From an uncultured Beijerinckia sp. (lineage in GTDB: Bacteria > Pseudomonadota > Alphaproteobacteria > Rhizobiales > Beijerinckiaceae), in assembly GCA_964534115.1 (NCBI GenBank), contig CAZHOK010000002.1, positions 2,622 through 66,621 on the forward strand: DNA of 64,000 nt, in the 5' to 3' direction. The notes beneath the pieces are model-generated. The model saw only the letters and a list, made by a program, of their open reading frames with translations. It was not told the DNA's origin and made no database searches. The position numbers and the translations under genes were made by a program. Each line of letters opens with the position of its first letter. Position 1 is the stretch's first letter. This document shows positions 35,458 to 45,663 of the stretch, piece by piece.

Positions 35458-37143
35458 ATGACTGGTCAGACATACCAGAATCCCGGGCTATCGGCGCAGG
35501 ATTTTCTTGAGCTTGCAGACAAGGCCTTTATCGACGTCGAACAGCTTTTCAAAGAAATTAGAACTGTCGTAAGAGCGGATGTCTCGACTGATGGAAGAAT
35601 CAATCCAGCGGCGATGGATGCCTCGCAGCACACGACGCATGGGCTTGCATGGTTCGCAACCTATTTGGAATCTTTGCGAGAAATGATCGCTTATGCACGC
35701 AGACTTGAAGAAGAGAATCGCTTTGGCGAGATTGAGGAGCTTCTGACGCGGATCGGCGTTGGGGAGTATATTGCACAATTCTTTGGTGGGATTCCAATGA
35801 ATCAAGGCGAGTTTATTCGGCTTGATGATTTCAATTTATCCCAAGAATTGATCGTAAAGTATAGATCTGACGCTGTTGGTCGCGTGATCGCAAATGGCAA
35901 TACAGCACTGAACCGCGCCAAGCTCGTTTCTCTCATTGCAGGACTCGACACGACCGCTTTGGTCGGTAACCCCGGTCTTGATGACACAATGGAATCCATC
36001 CGCGAAGAAATCAGAAAATTCGCGGCTTCAAAAATTGTCCCATATGCCCATGAATGGCATCTTGCCAACGATTATATACCGCTTGAAATCGTAGACGACC
36101 TTTCGGCTCTTGGAGTCTTTGGACTCACAATTCCAGAACAATATGGCGGGATGGGACTCGGTAAAATAGCCATGTGTGTCGTAACAGAAGAATTGTCTCG
36201 AGCCTATATCGGCGTCGGTTCTCTTGGAACCAGATCTGAAATTGCGGCAGAACTCATTATCTGCGGCGGCACCGAAGAACAAAAGCAATCTCTCCTTCCT
36301 CAAATTGCATCTGGTGAGATCCTCCCAACAGCAGTGTTTACGGAGCCCAACACAGGGTCCGATCTTGCATCCCTTCGGACGCGTGCAGTTCGTAAGGGTG
36401 ACGCCTATATGGTTACGGGAAACAAAACTTGGATCACCCATCCCGTACGCGCCGACCTCATGACAATTCTTGCGCGAACAAATCTTTCAGAGCCAGGCTA
36501 TAGAGGTCTATCTATGTTTTTGGCTAAAAAGCCACGCGGCACTGATGCTGATCCATTTCCTGTTGCGGGCATGTCGGGGAGCGAGATTGAGGTCCTTGGC
36601 TATCGTGGGATGAAAGAGTACGAAATTGCGTTTGATGACTTTCGGGTTCCTGCAGAAGATTTGCTTGGTGGCATAGAAGGCCAAGGCTTTAAGCAGCTGA
36701 TGCAAACATTTGAGGCAGCACGAATCCAGACGGCTGCCCGATCAGTCGGCGTAGCGCAAAACGCACTCGAACTAGCAGTTCGCTATGCCATGGAGCGTAT
36801 ACAATTTGGAAAACAATTGATCGCTTTCCCGCGCGTTGCTGACAAGATTGCACTTATGGCAGTCGAAATTCATATTGCCCGACAACTCACATATTTTTCA
36901 GCGCGGGCCAAAGATGCGGAAAAAAGATGCGATGTCGAAGCAGGAATGGCCAAGCTTCTCGGAGCCCGAATTGCTTGGTCTGCGGCCGACAATGCACTAC
37001 AAATACATGGCGGAAATGGTTTCGCCTTAGAGTATCAAATATCTCGCGTGCTTTGTGATGCACGTATTCTTAATATTTTTGAAGGAGCTGCAGAAATTCA
37101 AGCTCAGGTTATCGCTCGTCGCATCCTTGAAGATATAAATTGA
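35458..37143 (+). CDS. mcd: (2S)-methylsuccinyl-CoA dehydrogenase (long acyl-CoA dehydrogenase)
   Basis: 561 aa with the N-terminal extension (THGLAWFATYLESL), AVFTEPNTGSDL, GSEIEVLGYRGMKEY and LNIFEGAAEIQ. Clustered with ccr and ecm. Confidence 0.85.
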   Translation: MTGQTYQNPGLSAQDFLELADKAFIDVEQLFKEIRTVVRADVSTDGRINPAAMDASQHTTHGLAWFATYLESLREMIAYARRLEEENRFGEIEELLTRIGVGEYIAQFFGGIPMNQGEFIRLDDFNLSQELIVKYRSDAVGRVIANGNTALNRAKLVSLIAGLDTTALVGNPGLDDTMESIREEIRKFAASKIVPYAHEWHLANDYIPLEIVDDLSALGVFGLTIPEQYGGMGLGKIAMCVVTEELSRAYIGVGSLGTRSEIAAELIICGGTEEQKQSLLPQIASGEILPTAVFTEPNTGSDLASLRTRAVRKGDAYMVTGNKTWITHPVRADLMTILARTNLSEPGYRGLSMFLAKKPRGTDADPFPVAGMSGSEIEVLGYRGMKEYEIAFDDFRVPAEDLLGGIEGQGFKQLMQTFEAARIQTAARSVGVAQNALELAVRYAMERIQFGKQLIAFPRVADKIALMAVEIHIARQLTYFSARAKDAEKRCDVEAGMAKLLGARIAWSAADNALQIHGGNGFALEYQISRVLCDARILNIFEGAAEIQAQVIARRILEDIN

Positions 37144-37180
37144 TCATTCTTCATTAGGAGAATTATCTGATATTGATCTA

Positions 37181-37690
37181 ATGAGTGTGATAGGAATCCC
37201 GAGTTTGGCTAAACCAGCATTTTCTCGACTGACAAGTGCAGTAATAGCAATAGCGCCTGTTATTGCAGCAAGCATATTAGGTAGCGGGGCAACGCTGCCA
37301 AACATACCGGACTGGTATGCTGGGCTCGCAAAACCCGGGTTCACACCTCCCAACTGGATTTTCGGGCCTGTATGGACTGCTCTCTATACAATTATGGTGA
37401 TTGCTTTTTACCGAATTCTTCGTCAACCGCAGGGTAGAAACAATAGGCTCGTTATATCTGCATTTATGTTTCAGATTTTTTTGAACGCTGCTTGGTCCAT
37501 TGGTTTTTTCGGTGCCCGTAGCCCTGTTCTTGGAGCGGTCATTATTATTCCTTTATGGATTTCAATTCTGGTCACAATGATTCTGTTCTGGCAGCGGGAC
37601 CGGTTTTCAGGTGCAAGCTTTATTCCTTATCTCGCCTGGGTCAGTTTCGCAGCGCTGCTCAATTTTGCAATATGGTGGAAGAACAGCTGA
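37181..37690 (+). CDS. tspO: TspO/MBR family tryptophan-rich sensory protein
   Basis: WYAGLAKPGFTPPNWIFGPVWTALY, LNAAWSIGFF and PYLAWVSFAALLN. Confidence 0.92.
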   Translation: MSVIGIPSLAKPAFSRLTSAVIAIAPVIAASILGSGATLPNIPDWYAGLAKPGFTPPNWIFGPVWTALYTIMVIAFYRILRQPQGRNNRLVISAFMFQIFLNAAWSIGFFGARSPVLGAVIIIPLWISILVTMILFWQRDRFSGASFIPYLAWVSFAALLNFAIWWKNS

Positions 37691-37691
37691 T

Positions 37692-38222
37692 TTATTCTAC
37701 GACACCAATGAATGGTAATTCTCTCAAATTATGCGCAACGTCCATCCCGTAACCCACAACGAATAAATCTGGGCACCGGAAGCCAACAAAATCGGCCTCA
37801 ATCTGAACTGCACGCTTATTTGGCTTTTCAAGCATCACTGCCAATAGCACTCGGCGCGCGCCTCGGGCTGAGAGGAGATCTTTGGCAAAAGCGAGCGTCC
37901 GACCTGATTCAAGTATATCATCAAGCAAAAGGACGTCGCGGCCCTTTACATCTGATTCGATATCTTTGAGTACAGTCACATGGCCCTGCGAGACGGTACC
38001 ATCTAGATAACTGGACAAATGAACAAATTCGACCTGAGGGTTCATCCCTTGACGATGGAGAGCACGCAGCAGATCTGCCGCAAACATAAAGGACCCTTTT
38101 AGGACGGCGACGACCAGAAGATTCTGAAGTTCCGCGTTACGGATTTCTGCAGCAATGGCCTTAACCCGGGCGTCTATTTGGTCGGCCGAATAAAGGGGTT
38201 TGACTTTGTGTGAGATGTTCAT
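37692..38222 (-). CDS. hpt: Hypoxanthine phosphoribosyltransferase
   Basis: VLKGSFMFAADL, SSY, VLLLDDILESGRTL PRPP motif and FVVGYGMD. Confidence 0.93.
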   Translation of the reverse strand: MNISHKVKPLYSADQIDARVKAIAAEIRNAELQNLLVVAVLKGSFMFAADLLRALHRQGMNPQVEFVHLSSYLDGTVSQGHVTVLKDIESDVKGRDVLLLDDILESGRTLAFAKDLLSARGARRVLLAVMLEKPNKRAVQIEADFVGFRCPDLFVVGYGMDVAHNLRELPFIGVVE

Positions 38223-38367
38223 TGGCAAAAATGCTCCTGAGCTGGCTGTCCATATAGTCGTTTTGGCAAAAACTTGCCAAACCATTCCAGAAGACTTCAG
38301 CCTGCCATTAGAAATGCTAGATTTAGAGGTAGTTTAAACGCGATTCGCACCGCACGTACAGCAAGGC

Positions 38368-39072
38368 ATGATGGCGGAGAAAAAGACTCATCCGCATCCG
38401 GAGGCAGAATTGGTTCGCTTCAACAATGTCGGATTGCGCTATGGCATGGGGCCTGAGGTCTTGCGAGACCTTACCTTCTCAATTGAGCCGCGTTCGTTTC
38501 AATTCCTCACAGGCCCTTCCGGCGCCGGGAAAACGACCCTCCTGAGATTGATTCTTTTGTCACTGCAACCCACACGTGGGTTCATATCGCTTTTCGGGCG
38601 AGATGCGGTAACTTTGGACAAGAATGAAATTACAGATTTTCGAAGAAGAATTGGTGTCGTTTTTCAAGATTTCCGGCTGCTGGACCACCTTACGACCTAT
38701 GAGAACGTCGCCTTGCCACTCAAGGTACAGGGGCGTGATGAATCCTCCTATCGAGCCGAGGTCATCGAACTTCTGGGCTGGGTTGGGCTAGGGGATCGTA
38801 CACACGTTCTCCCTCCGGTTCTCTCTGGGGGCGAAAAACAGCGCGCCGCAATTGCGCGGGCCCTCATTGTACGGCCCGAGCTTCTCCTGGCAGACGAACC
38901 AACCGGAAATGTTGATCCAAGCCTCGCACGCCGACTGCTTCGACTTTTCCTGGAATTGCATCGGTCAGGGACGTCTGTTGTGATAGCAACGCATGATCTA
39001 GGCCTGATGGATCAATTCGACGGAGCGCGCAGGCTCGTTTTGGGGGATGGTCGCCTTCATATCTATGACTAA
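38368..39072 (+). CDS. ftsE: Cell division ATP-binding protein FtsE
   Basis: LTGPSGAGKTT, IGVVFQDFRLLDHL, LSGGEKQRAAIARA and ADEPTGNVD. Confidence 0.93.
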   Translation: MMAEKKTHPHPEAELVRFNNVGLRYGMGPEVLRDLTFSIEPRSFQFLTGPSGAGKTTLLRLILLSLQPTRGFISLFGRDAVTLDKNEITDFRRRIGVVFQDFRLLDHLTTYENVALPLKVQGRDESSYRAEVIELLGWVGLGDRTHVLPPVLSGGEKQRAAIARALIVRPELLLADEPTGNVDPSLARRLLRLFLELHRSGTSVVIATHDLGLMDQFDGARRLVLGDGRLHIYD

Positions 39073-39081
39073 GGGCAAAAA

Positions 39082-40020
39082 GTGACTGAAAATACGATCG
39101 AGTCAGACGAATCGGAACCATCAACTAGGCGGGATATCGCACTGGTTCCGCCCGATGCTGTCGCGGGACGCACACTTGTTATTGTCATCGCGATCATGAC
39201 TTTCTTGGCGGCGATGACAGCCGGAACCGCCGTTTTGATTAGCGATATTTCGTCGGGATGGCGTCGCGATGTGGCGCGTGAAATGACAATTCAGATAAAG
39301 CCTAACCCCGGCCGCAATATAGAAGCGGATTTATCACGAGCAGAAGAGATTGCCAGGGGTGGGACGGGCATCAAGAATGTGACTGTTCTCAAAAAATCAG
39401 AATCCGAGCGGCTTCTTGAGCCGTGGCTGGGTTCAGGCCTTGAGCTTGCAGAACTGCCAATACCGCGGCTTCTGGTTCTCAAGGTGGACGATAAAAAAAC
39501 TCTGGATATAGAGGGACTCCGGCGAAAGGTTACTGAGGCCATACCTGGTTCTACCCTAGATGACCACCGTTTCTGGATCGACCGTTTGTCTACCATGTCA
39601 TGGATAGTGGTCATCGTAGCTTTAGTTATTCTAGGCCTTGTTCTCGTTGCAATGGCGCTGGCAGTCGCTTTCGCAACCAGAGGCGCGATGGCGGGCAGTC
39701 ATGAAGTTATTCACATATTGCATTTTGTCGGAGCCGCAGATTCTTACATCGCTCGGGAATTCCAGAAGCATTTTTTAAAGCTGGGGCTTGAAGGGGGTTT
39801 GCTAGGTGGAGGCACGGCAATCTTTGTATTTTTCCTAGCAGGGCTTGCATCGACACAAGTTTCAACAGCCGGCGGTGATCAATTGCAGGCTTTGTTTGGG
39901 AGCTTCGATCTTGGGCTGATGGGCTATGTGGGAATACTCCTGATTTCAGCTTCGGTCGCTTTCCTCACATCATTTACGTCGCGTTCGGTCGTACTCCGTC
40001 AGCTGCAAGACCTCTCGTAA
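39082..40020 (+). CDS. ftsX: Cell division permease FtsX
   Basis: One TM helix, a periplasmic loop, then three TM helices. LDDHRFW, VIHILHFVGAADSYIAREF. Follows ftsE. Confidence 0.88.
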   Translation: MTENTIESDESEPSTRRDIALVPPDAVAGRTLVIVIAIMTFLAAMTAGTAVLISDISSGWRRDVAREMTIQIKPNPGRNIEADLSRAEEIARGGTGIKNVTVLKKSESERLLEPWLGSGLELAELPIPRLLVLKVDDKKTLDIEGLRRKVTEAIPGSTLDDHRFWIDRLSTMSWIVVIVALVILGLVLVAMALAVAFATRGAMAGSHEVIHILHFVGAADSYIAREFQKHFLKLGLEGGLLGGGTAIFVFFLAGLASTQVSTAGGDQLQALFGSFDLGLMGYVGILLISASVAFLTSFTSRSVVLRQLQDLS

Positions 40021-40166
40021 GAAAATTTTGCATCACTCTTACTCTTCGGAGCACTCTGGTAATTCATCGAAATGTGATCGGTTTTCATGTTCTCAAGCCA
40101 ATGGATTCAATTGCTTCCTTTTCTGAAGTGCTTTTCACTTCAGTCAAAGCTAAAAGAAGATAAAGA

Positions 40167-40931
40167 ATGATCGTCGTCCGCTCTCTTGTTTTCAATATGG
40201 TCTTCTATTTGCACATGGTAACCCTTCTTGTCGTCGGGTTGCCTGCATTGTTAATGCCAAGAAGAGTCGTATATTTGCTTGGACGGACCTGGGCGCGCAA
40301 TTCACTCTGGTTGCTTGAAAAAATCTGCAACACGCGCGTAGAGTTTCGCGGCTTCGACAAGCTTCCAAAATCGCCATATATTGTCGCATCAAAACATCAG
40401 TCGATGTGGGAGACTTTCGCACTCATTATGATGTTTGATGACTTTTGCTACATTCTCAAAAAAGAACTGACCTATATTCCATTTTTTGGATGGTATCTCT
40501 GGAAAGCAGATCAGATTGCCATTGATCGCAGCAGAGGCAGCAGCGTACTTACACAAATTGAAACTCAGGCACGAAACGCATTTGCACAGGGACGAACCCT
40601 CTTTATCTTTCCAGAGGGAACAAGAAGACCAGCCGGCGCGCCCCCAAAATACAAATTTGGGATCGCTCATATTTATAGCGCCTGCAACGTGACCTGCGTT
40701 CCCATTGCCTTGAACTCGGGCCTATTCTGGGCTCGCAGAAGCTGGATAAGAAGACCGGGCACAATTGTTGTCGAGGCTCTCGACCCTATCCATCCTGGCG
40801 TTGAACAGATTGAATTCTTTGAATCTGTTCAGCTTTCTATAGAAACAGCAACAAACAAGCTCATGGACGAAGCCATCGAAATCGACCCCTCGCTTGAGGT
40901 TATCGTGTCACGGAACCGAAACGTGACCTAA
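40167..40931 (+). CDS. plsC: 1-acyl-sn-glycerol-3-phosphate acyltransferase
   Basis: SKHQSMWET (HX4D-like), KKEL..IPFFGW, IFPEGTR and PIALNSG. Confidence 0.88.
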   Translation: MIVVRSLVFNMVFYLHMVTLLVVGLPALLMPRRVVYLLGRTWARNSLWLLEKICNTRVEFRGFDKLPKSPYIVASKHQSMWETFALIMMFDDFCYILKKELTYIPFFGWYLWKADQIAIDRSRGSSVLTQIETQARNAFAQGRTLFIFPEGTRRPAGAPPKYKFGIAHIYSACNVTCVPIALNSGLFWARRSWIRRPGTIVVEALDPIHPGVEQIEFFESVQLSIETATNKLMDEAIEIDPSLEVIVSRNRNVT

Positions 40932-41456
40932 AGCGCTTGCGCTTAAAAGATTTGAAAGGCGCGTGAGAACCGGGTCCTTCACGCCTACGGCAAGGAGATG
41001 TTGATTGGTTGCCCTAACGTAGTCAGTATTCTTTCCGGAAATGCCCTGTCCTTGCAAAACCAGACGGGCAAGTTCTGCCTCGGGCAGACGCCCGGCATAT
41101 TGAGGATGCTTTCTGTCAACAATATAGGCGGCACACGCAACTTTCTCACCATGGTCCAAGGTTGCGGTCAGAAAGGTCTCACGATAGACCGCCGTTACCT
41201 GTTCGCGTGCCCGAAGATATTCCAGCGTCATAAAGCGACGCATTGCAGATATGCGGAAAGCCACCCCTCTACAGGAGCCTCCCCGATCTAGCCCAAGAAC
41301 TATGCCTGGTCTATCTGGCGTTCCACGATGAACATGCGAAAATACGCATAACGATCTATGGTACCCTTTCACATAAGCAAGATGTTGCTCTTCAAAATCA
41401 AAGCCGGGTCGCCACATAAGCGAACCATAGCCAAACACCCACAGATCCTGATTCAC
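40908..41456 (-). CDS. ChaC-like gamma-glutamylcyclotransferase
   Basis: LWVFGYGSLMWRPGF, HRGTPDRPGIVLGL, YLRAREQV and GISGKNTDY. Confidence 0.9.
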   Translation of the reverse strand: MNQDLWVFGYGSLMWRPGFDFEEQHLAYVKGYHRSLCVFSHVHRGTPDRPGIVLGLDRGGSCRGVAFRISAMRRFMTLEYLRAREQVTAVYRETFLTATLDHGEKVACAAYIVDRKHPQYAGRLPEAELARLVLQGQGISGKNTDYVRATNQHLLAVGVKDPVLTRLSNLLSASALGHVSVP

Positions 41457-41511
41457 ATTCGCCCCCACGAGAACTTTTGACCAAGCCCAAACAAGAACGG
41501 AGCAACGCGCT

Positions 41512-42516
41512 TTGAAAAAATATGACGTCAATCCCAGGAGCACACAAGCGGTCAGCCGAGCCGGGCTCTACGGACCCGTCATTTTGCTCGCCTTGATTGT
41601 GGCAAGCTGGTCGGTCTTCTGGATTTATTCTGCCCAACGTGCGGATCAGGCCATCCAAAACTGGATGATGGTTGAAGCCAGAAAAGGACGGCAATGGTCA
41701 TGCGAGGACCGGAAAACTCAGGGATTCCCGTTCCGAATCGAGCTGCTCTGCAACTCGGTCCGATTACAATTAGCCGATGGGCGCATTTTTTTGACAGGCG
41801 CGCTGCATGCCGCTGCGCAAGTTTATTCGCCGTCACTAGTTCTGGCTGACATTAGCAGCCCGTTCACAGTCCAAAAATCAGAAGCCATTTACAAACTGAA
41901 CTGGGATAATTTTCGTTTATCGTTACGCTATAGCGGTGAAGGGTTCGAACGCATTTCAGGCACGATAAAGACCCCCCAACTTCATGGTCCAAACGGACCA
42001 TTGATGCTGACCGCAAACCAGATGGAGTTTCATCTTCGATCTACAATTGATCGATCTAGCATTGAAACTTCTGTCGCCATCGCAGACCTCGAGGGGCCTA
42101 TGGCCCGCTGGCTGTCTGGAGGCCAAGCGAAAACCAAGTTCGATTTGATGACATCCATCACCAATCCTGCATTTCTTTCTGGGTCAAACTTTCGCGCGTC
42201 AATGGAGCAATGGCGGAACAACGGTGGAAGACTCGTGCTTCAGAAATTCGAAGTCGCACAAGATAAAATGACGATTTCGAGTCAAGGCGAATTGCAATTG
42301 GATGCCAACGGTCGTCCAGAAGGCCAGATTAAGCTATCGGGACAAAACCTTCGGCCGATAGTTGAGAAGCTACCATTAGGAAATGCACAGCCCCTGATCA
42401 GGGGTTTACTGGAACGTCGCGATGGTTCTCCGGTCGAAGTGTCAGTCCGACTTTTTGATGGCCGCTTGAATATTGGCCCTGTCCGAACCCCGCCATTTCT
42501 GCCCTCAATCTACTGA
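41512..42516 (+). CDS. DUF2125 domain protein
   Basis: N-terminal TM helix, WSVFW, GFPFRIELLC and AAAQVYSPSLV. Typical position between ChaC and tyrC. Confidence 0.75.
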   Translation: MKKYDVNPRSTQAVSRAGLYGPVILLALIVASWSVFWIYSAQRADQAIQNWMMVEARKGRQWSCEDRKTQGFPFRIELLCNSVRLQLADGRIFLTGALHAAAQVYSPSLVLADISSPFTVQKSEAIYKLNWDNFRLSLRYSGEGFERISGTIKTPQLHGPNGPLMLTANQMEFHLRSTIDRSSIETSVAIADLEGPMARWLSGGQAKTKFDLMTSITNPAFLSGSNFRASMEQWRNNGGRLVLQKFEVAQDKMTISSQGELQLDANGRPEGQIKLSGQNLRPIVEKLPLGNAQPLIRGLLERRDGSPVEVSVRLFDGRLNIGPVRTPPFLPSIY

Positions 42517-43481
42517 GATTGATCTTTACCTGGCTTAGTTTCTATGACGCGTCTGCCAAAATCAGCGGCAGCAGTTTCCTGTCCTTGGGCAATAATGCTT
42601 CTGCGGATCGCGCGGGTCCTCGTGAAGAGATCAAACAAACCCTGACCGTCACCCCATCGGATCATGCGCTGCAGAGCCGAAAGATCTTCCGTAAAACGCC
42701 CAAGCATTTCGAGAACGGCATCCTTATTATTTAAAAAAATATCTCTCCACATTGTTGGATCGGATGCAGCGATACGAGTGAAGTCCCGAAAGCCGCCCGC
42801 TGAAAATTTTATAACCTCTGATTGTGTAACTTCTTCGAGATCTGCTGCTGTCCCGACGATGTTATATGCGATTAAATGAGGGACGTGGCTCGTAATCGCC
42901 AAGACCAAATCATGGTGTGAAGGTGTCATGATTTCGACGTTAGAGCCCGCTTGCGCCCAAAAATGCTGGAGGCGTTCCACCGCACTTTCGTCAGCCCCGT
43001 CTGGAGGCGTAATGATGCACCATCGATCAAGAAAGAGAGATGAAAAGCCTGCATCCGGGCCGGAATATTCGGTACCCGCCACTGGATGGGCGGGTATGAA
43101 ATAAATTTCTTTCCGGAAAAGCGGCTGACAACCTGCAACGACAGTTCCCTTGACAGAACCAACATCGGACACGATTGCTCCAGCTTCAACGCAAAGAGCG
43201 ATTTGAGCTGCAACCTGACATATGGCACCAACGGGTGTGCATAGAATGACGAGATCCGAGCCCTTCACTGCCTTAGCGCCGTCAACAAAAACTTCGTCAG
43301 CGATCCCCAATTCCCTCACACGATCTGCAACCGATGGCGAGGCATCGCATGCAACCAGCCGTCGCGCCAAATTTCGCTGCCGCGAAACTCGAAGCAATGA
43401 TGAGCCTATCAAGCCAACGCCGATGATCGTCAACTGATCAAAGAGCGGTTCTGGAAGAGGCTTGGAGAGAAAATCAGCCAT
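42510..43481 (-). CDS. tyrC: Prephenate/arogenate (cyclohexadienyl) dehydrogenase
   Basis: [41 protein letters not shown] and [14 protein letters not shown]. Confidence 0.92.
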   Translation of the reverse strand: MADFLSKPLPEPLFDQLTIIGVGLIGSSLLRVSRQRNLARRLVACDASPSVADRVRELGIADEVFVDGAKAVKGSDLVILCTPVGAICQVAAQIALCVEAGAIVSDVGSVKGTVVAGCQPLFRKEIYFIPAHPVAGTEYSGPDAGFSSLFLDRWCIITPPDGADESAVERLQHFWAQAGSNVEIMTPSHHDLVLAITSHVPHLIAYNIVGTAADLEEVTQSEVIKFSAGGFRDFTRIAASDPTMWRDIFLNNKDAVLEMLGRFTEDLSALQRMIRWGDGQGLFDLFTRTRAIRRSIIAQGQETAAADFGRRVIETKPGKDQSQ

Positions 43482-44595
43482 TTCGCACCGATTTTGTATA
43501 TGCCCGTAGCGCTTCGACAAGCAAACGATTGGCTTCCTCACTCCCTATAGTGATACGAAGCGCGTTGGGAAGACCATATGCACCGACAGCACGAACAATA
43601 AGTCCTCGCTGGGACAAGAATGCGTCGGCATCTTGTGCATCGAGCCCACGGGCAGGCGGAAAATGGACGAGAACAAAGTTGGCAACACTTGGAGTCACTT
43701 CTAGATCGAGCGCCGTTAACTCATCGGTTATCCAATGAAGCCAACGTTCGTTATGTTCGATGGCAGACGAAATATGCTCTTCATCCTGGATGGCGGCAAT
43801 TCCGGCCTCTAGCGCGGGGCCATTCACATTGAACGGGCCTCGAATACGATTGAGCGCGCTACAAATGGATGCCGGTGCATAGCACCATCCAAGTCGCAGA
43901 TTTGCTAGTCCGTATATTTTTGAAAAAGTCCTTGTCATCACGACATTCTCATTGGTCGCGACAAGCTCAATTCCTTCGGAATAATCGTTTTTGCGAACAT
44001 ACTCGGCATATGCTGCATCAAGGACAAGAATGACATGCTTTGGCAGAGCTGCATGCAGACGCTTCACGTCCTCAAATGGCATATAAGTGCCGGTGGGATT
44101 GTTAGGATTGGCGAGATAAACAATTTTTGTTCGCGGAGTTACGCATGCAAGGATGGAATCTGCATCAGCGGTAAGATTCTTCTCCTGTGCCACGACAGGA
44201 ATTCCGCCGGCTGCAAGAATGGCGATGCGGTAGACTAGGAATCCATGTGTCGTAAATATGCCTTCATCGCCCGGACCAACATAGGCAAGGGACAGCAGGT
44301 GAAGAATGTCATCGGAGCCATTCCCGCAGACTATTCGGTCGGGATCAAGTCCAAAACGGGCAGCGATAGCAGAACGCAACCGTGATACGGATCCGTCTGG
44401 ATAAAGTTCAAGCTTGTTTGCAATATCAACAAAAGCATTGATGGCTTTTGGCGATGGCCCAAGTGGTGTTTCATTTGACGAAAGCTTGAAAATCTTTCCC
44501 GTGCTGCCAGCTCCACTTTTGCCTGGGACATAAGGGTCAATCGTCTGTATTCCGGGCCGTGGAACGGGTTGATCACTTGTTTCAGGACGATTCAT
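43474..44595 (-). CDS. hisC: Histidinol-phosphate aminotransferase
   Basis: [29 protein letters not shown] and [10 protein letters not shown]. Confidence 0.94.
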   Translation of the reverse strand: MNRPETSDQPVPRPGIQTIDPYVPGKSGAGSTGKIFKLSSNETPLGPSPKAINAFVDIANKLELYPDGSVSRLRSAIAARFGLDPDRIVCGNGSDDILHLLSLAYVGPGDEGIFTTHGFLVYRIAILAAGGIPVVAQEKNLTADADSILACVTPRTKIVYLANPNNPTGTYMPFEDVKRLHAALPKHVILVLDAAYAEYVRKNDYSEGIELVATNENVVMTRTFSKIYGLANLRLGWCYAPASICSALNRIRGPFNVNGPALEAGIAAIQDEEHISSAIEHNERWLHWITDELTALDLEVTPSVANFVLVHFPPARGLDAQDADAFLSQRGLIVRAVGAYGLPNALRITIGSEEANRLLVEALRAYTKSVRNG

Positions 44596-44643
44596 TTCGC
44601 TTTTCCAGATCAGTACAGGCCAAATCAGACAGATTTCGCTCAA

Positions 44644-45489
44644 TCACAGTTTGAAGCGGGACGCATGGCACCCAACTTCATCAATACGACCGCCCAATAT
44701 GTTCCCATCGTAAAGAGCATTTCGTATTTCGTCCGGGTGGACGTTTTTCGGAACAGCAAGAAGCAGGGCGAGCCCCATCTCATCTGCAACATTGCCAATG
44801 ATTTCACCGCCGATTTTTTTTATGTTGGCCGGCAGTCCATCCCAAGAACGTTCTATATGCAGGCAATATAGGACTTCCTCGCGGGCAGCAGCATCCTGCA
44901 ATGGCTTGGCTATCACAAAGACGGGCATACCCGCTGGATGCTCCGCCCTCTCAACAAAAGGCAAGCGCGCTATAATTTTTGGTGCCGTAGATCCAATAAG
45001 CTGGGTCCACCAAGGTCCGACATGTGCACCGCCGTCAACGGGGAACATCCCAAGATCCCCGGAAGATCGTGCGACAGCCTCAATAACGCCTGCCGGACCA
45101 TTGTGAGGGATAAATGGAACCGTGAACCCAAAATGGAAACGCTCGGTATCCCTCATCGCCGCATCCCCAGCGGACACGTCAGCATGAACGACATAATTGG
45201 ATTGAACATAGGTGAAAGTGGCGATCACAATCCGCCATATCGACTCTATGCAATCGAGCGGTACCACTCCGCGATGGCGTTCAGCCAATCGCCGCATCAT
45301 CTCAGCTTCCCGCCCTGGCCGAAAAGCAGATCCGCCACCCTGCCTGGCCTTAACTGCAATCAGCCGGTCGATGATCTCACCTCGAGCCATCAATAGCTCA
45401 TGAACCTCGGAATCGATCCGATCAATCTCGACCCTGAGCTCGGCCAGGATTTCCTGAGGTTCGCGGTCGGCGTCAAAAAAAGGGGGCAA
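44644..45489 (-). CDS. Chorismate mutase (alphaproteobacterial long form)
   Basis: LAELRVEIDRID..HELLMARGEII..L, FRPGREAEMM, IWRIVIATFT and RFHFGF. Start is uncertain (TTG 45489 chosen; the track start at 45765 overlaps metX). Confidence 0.85.
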   Translation of the reverse strand: MPPFFDADREPQEILAELRVEIDRIDSEVHELLMARGEIIDRLIAVKARQGGGSAFRPGREAEMMRRLAERHRGVVPLDCIESIWRIVIATFTYVQSNYVVHADVSAGDAAMRDTERFHFGFTVPFIPHNGPAGVIEAVARSSGDLGMFPVDGGAHVGPWWTQLIGSTAPKIIARLPFVERAEHPAGMPVFVIAKPLQDAAAREEVLYCLHIERSWDGLPANIKKIGGEIIGNVADEMGLALLLAVPKNVHPDEIRNALYDGNILGGRIDEVGCHASRFKL

Positions 45490-45663
45490 GGCCGGTTCTC
45501 GCTTGGGCGCTGCGCTGCGTGCGCTTTGTCTTAATGGGAGGTGACAATCATTGCAAAGGAAACAAGGAAACCAAACTGGGGGTGGCAGCTTGACTTCAAT
45601 CTGACGTACTCCTAAAAACCGAACGGCTCGTTCGTAATATCGGACGTTTTCAGGAGTTGGTCC

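Noticed and set aside
45490-45663. Canonical SAM-II (SAM-alpha) or SAM/SAH riboswitch upstream of metX
   Set aside because: TTGCA and CTAAAA fragments occur, but not the TGATTT/P1 arrangement. AACGGCT resembles the start of the SAM/SAH loop, but the following TCCTG(A/G)CG is missing. Reported only as an unexplained structure.
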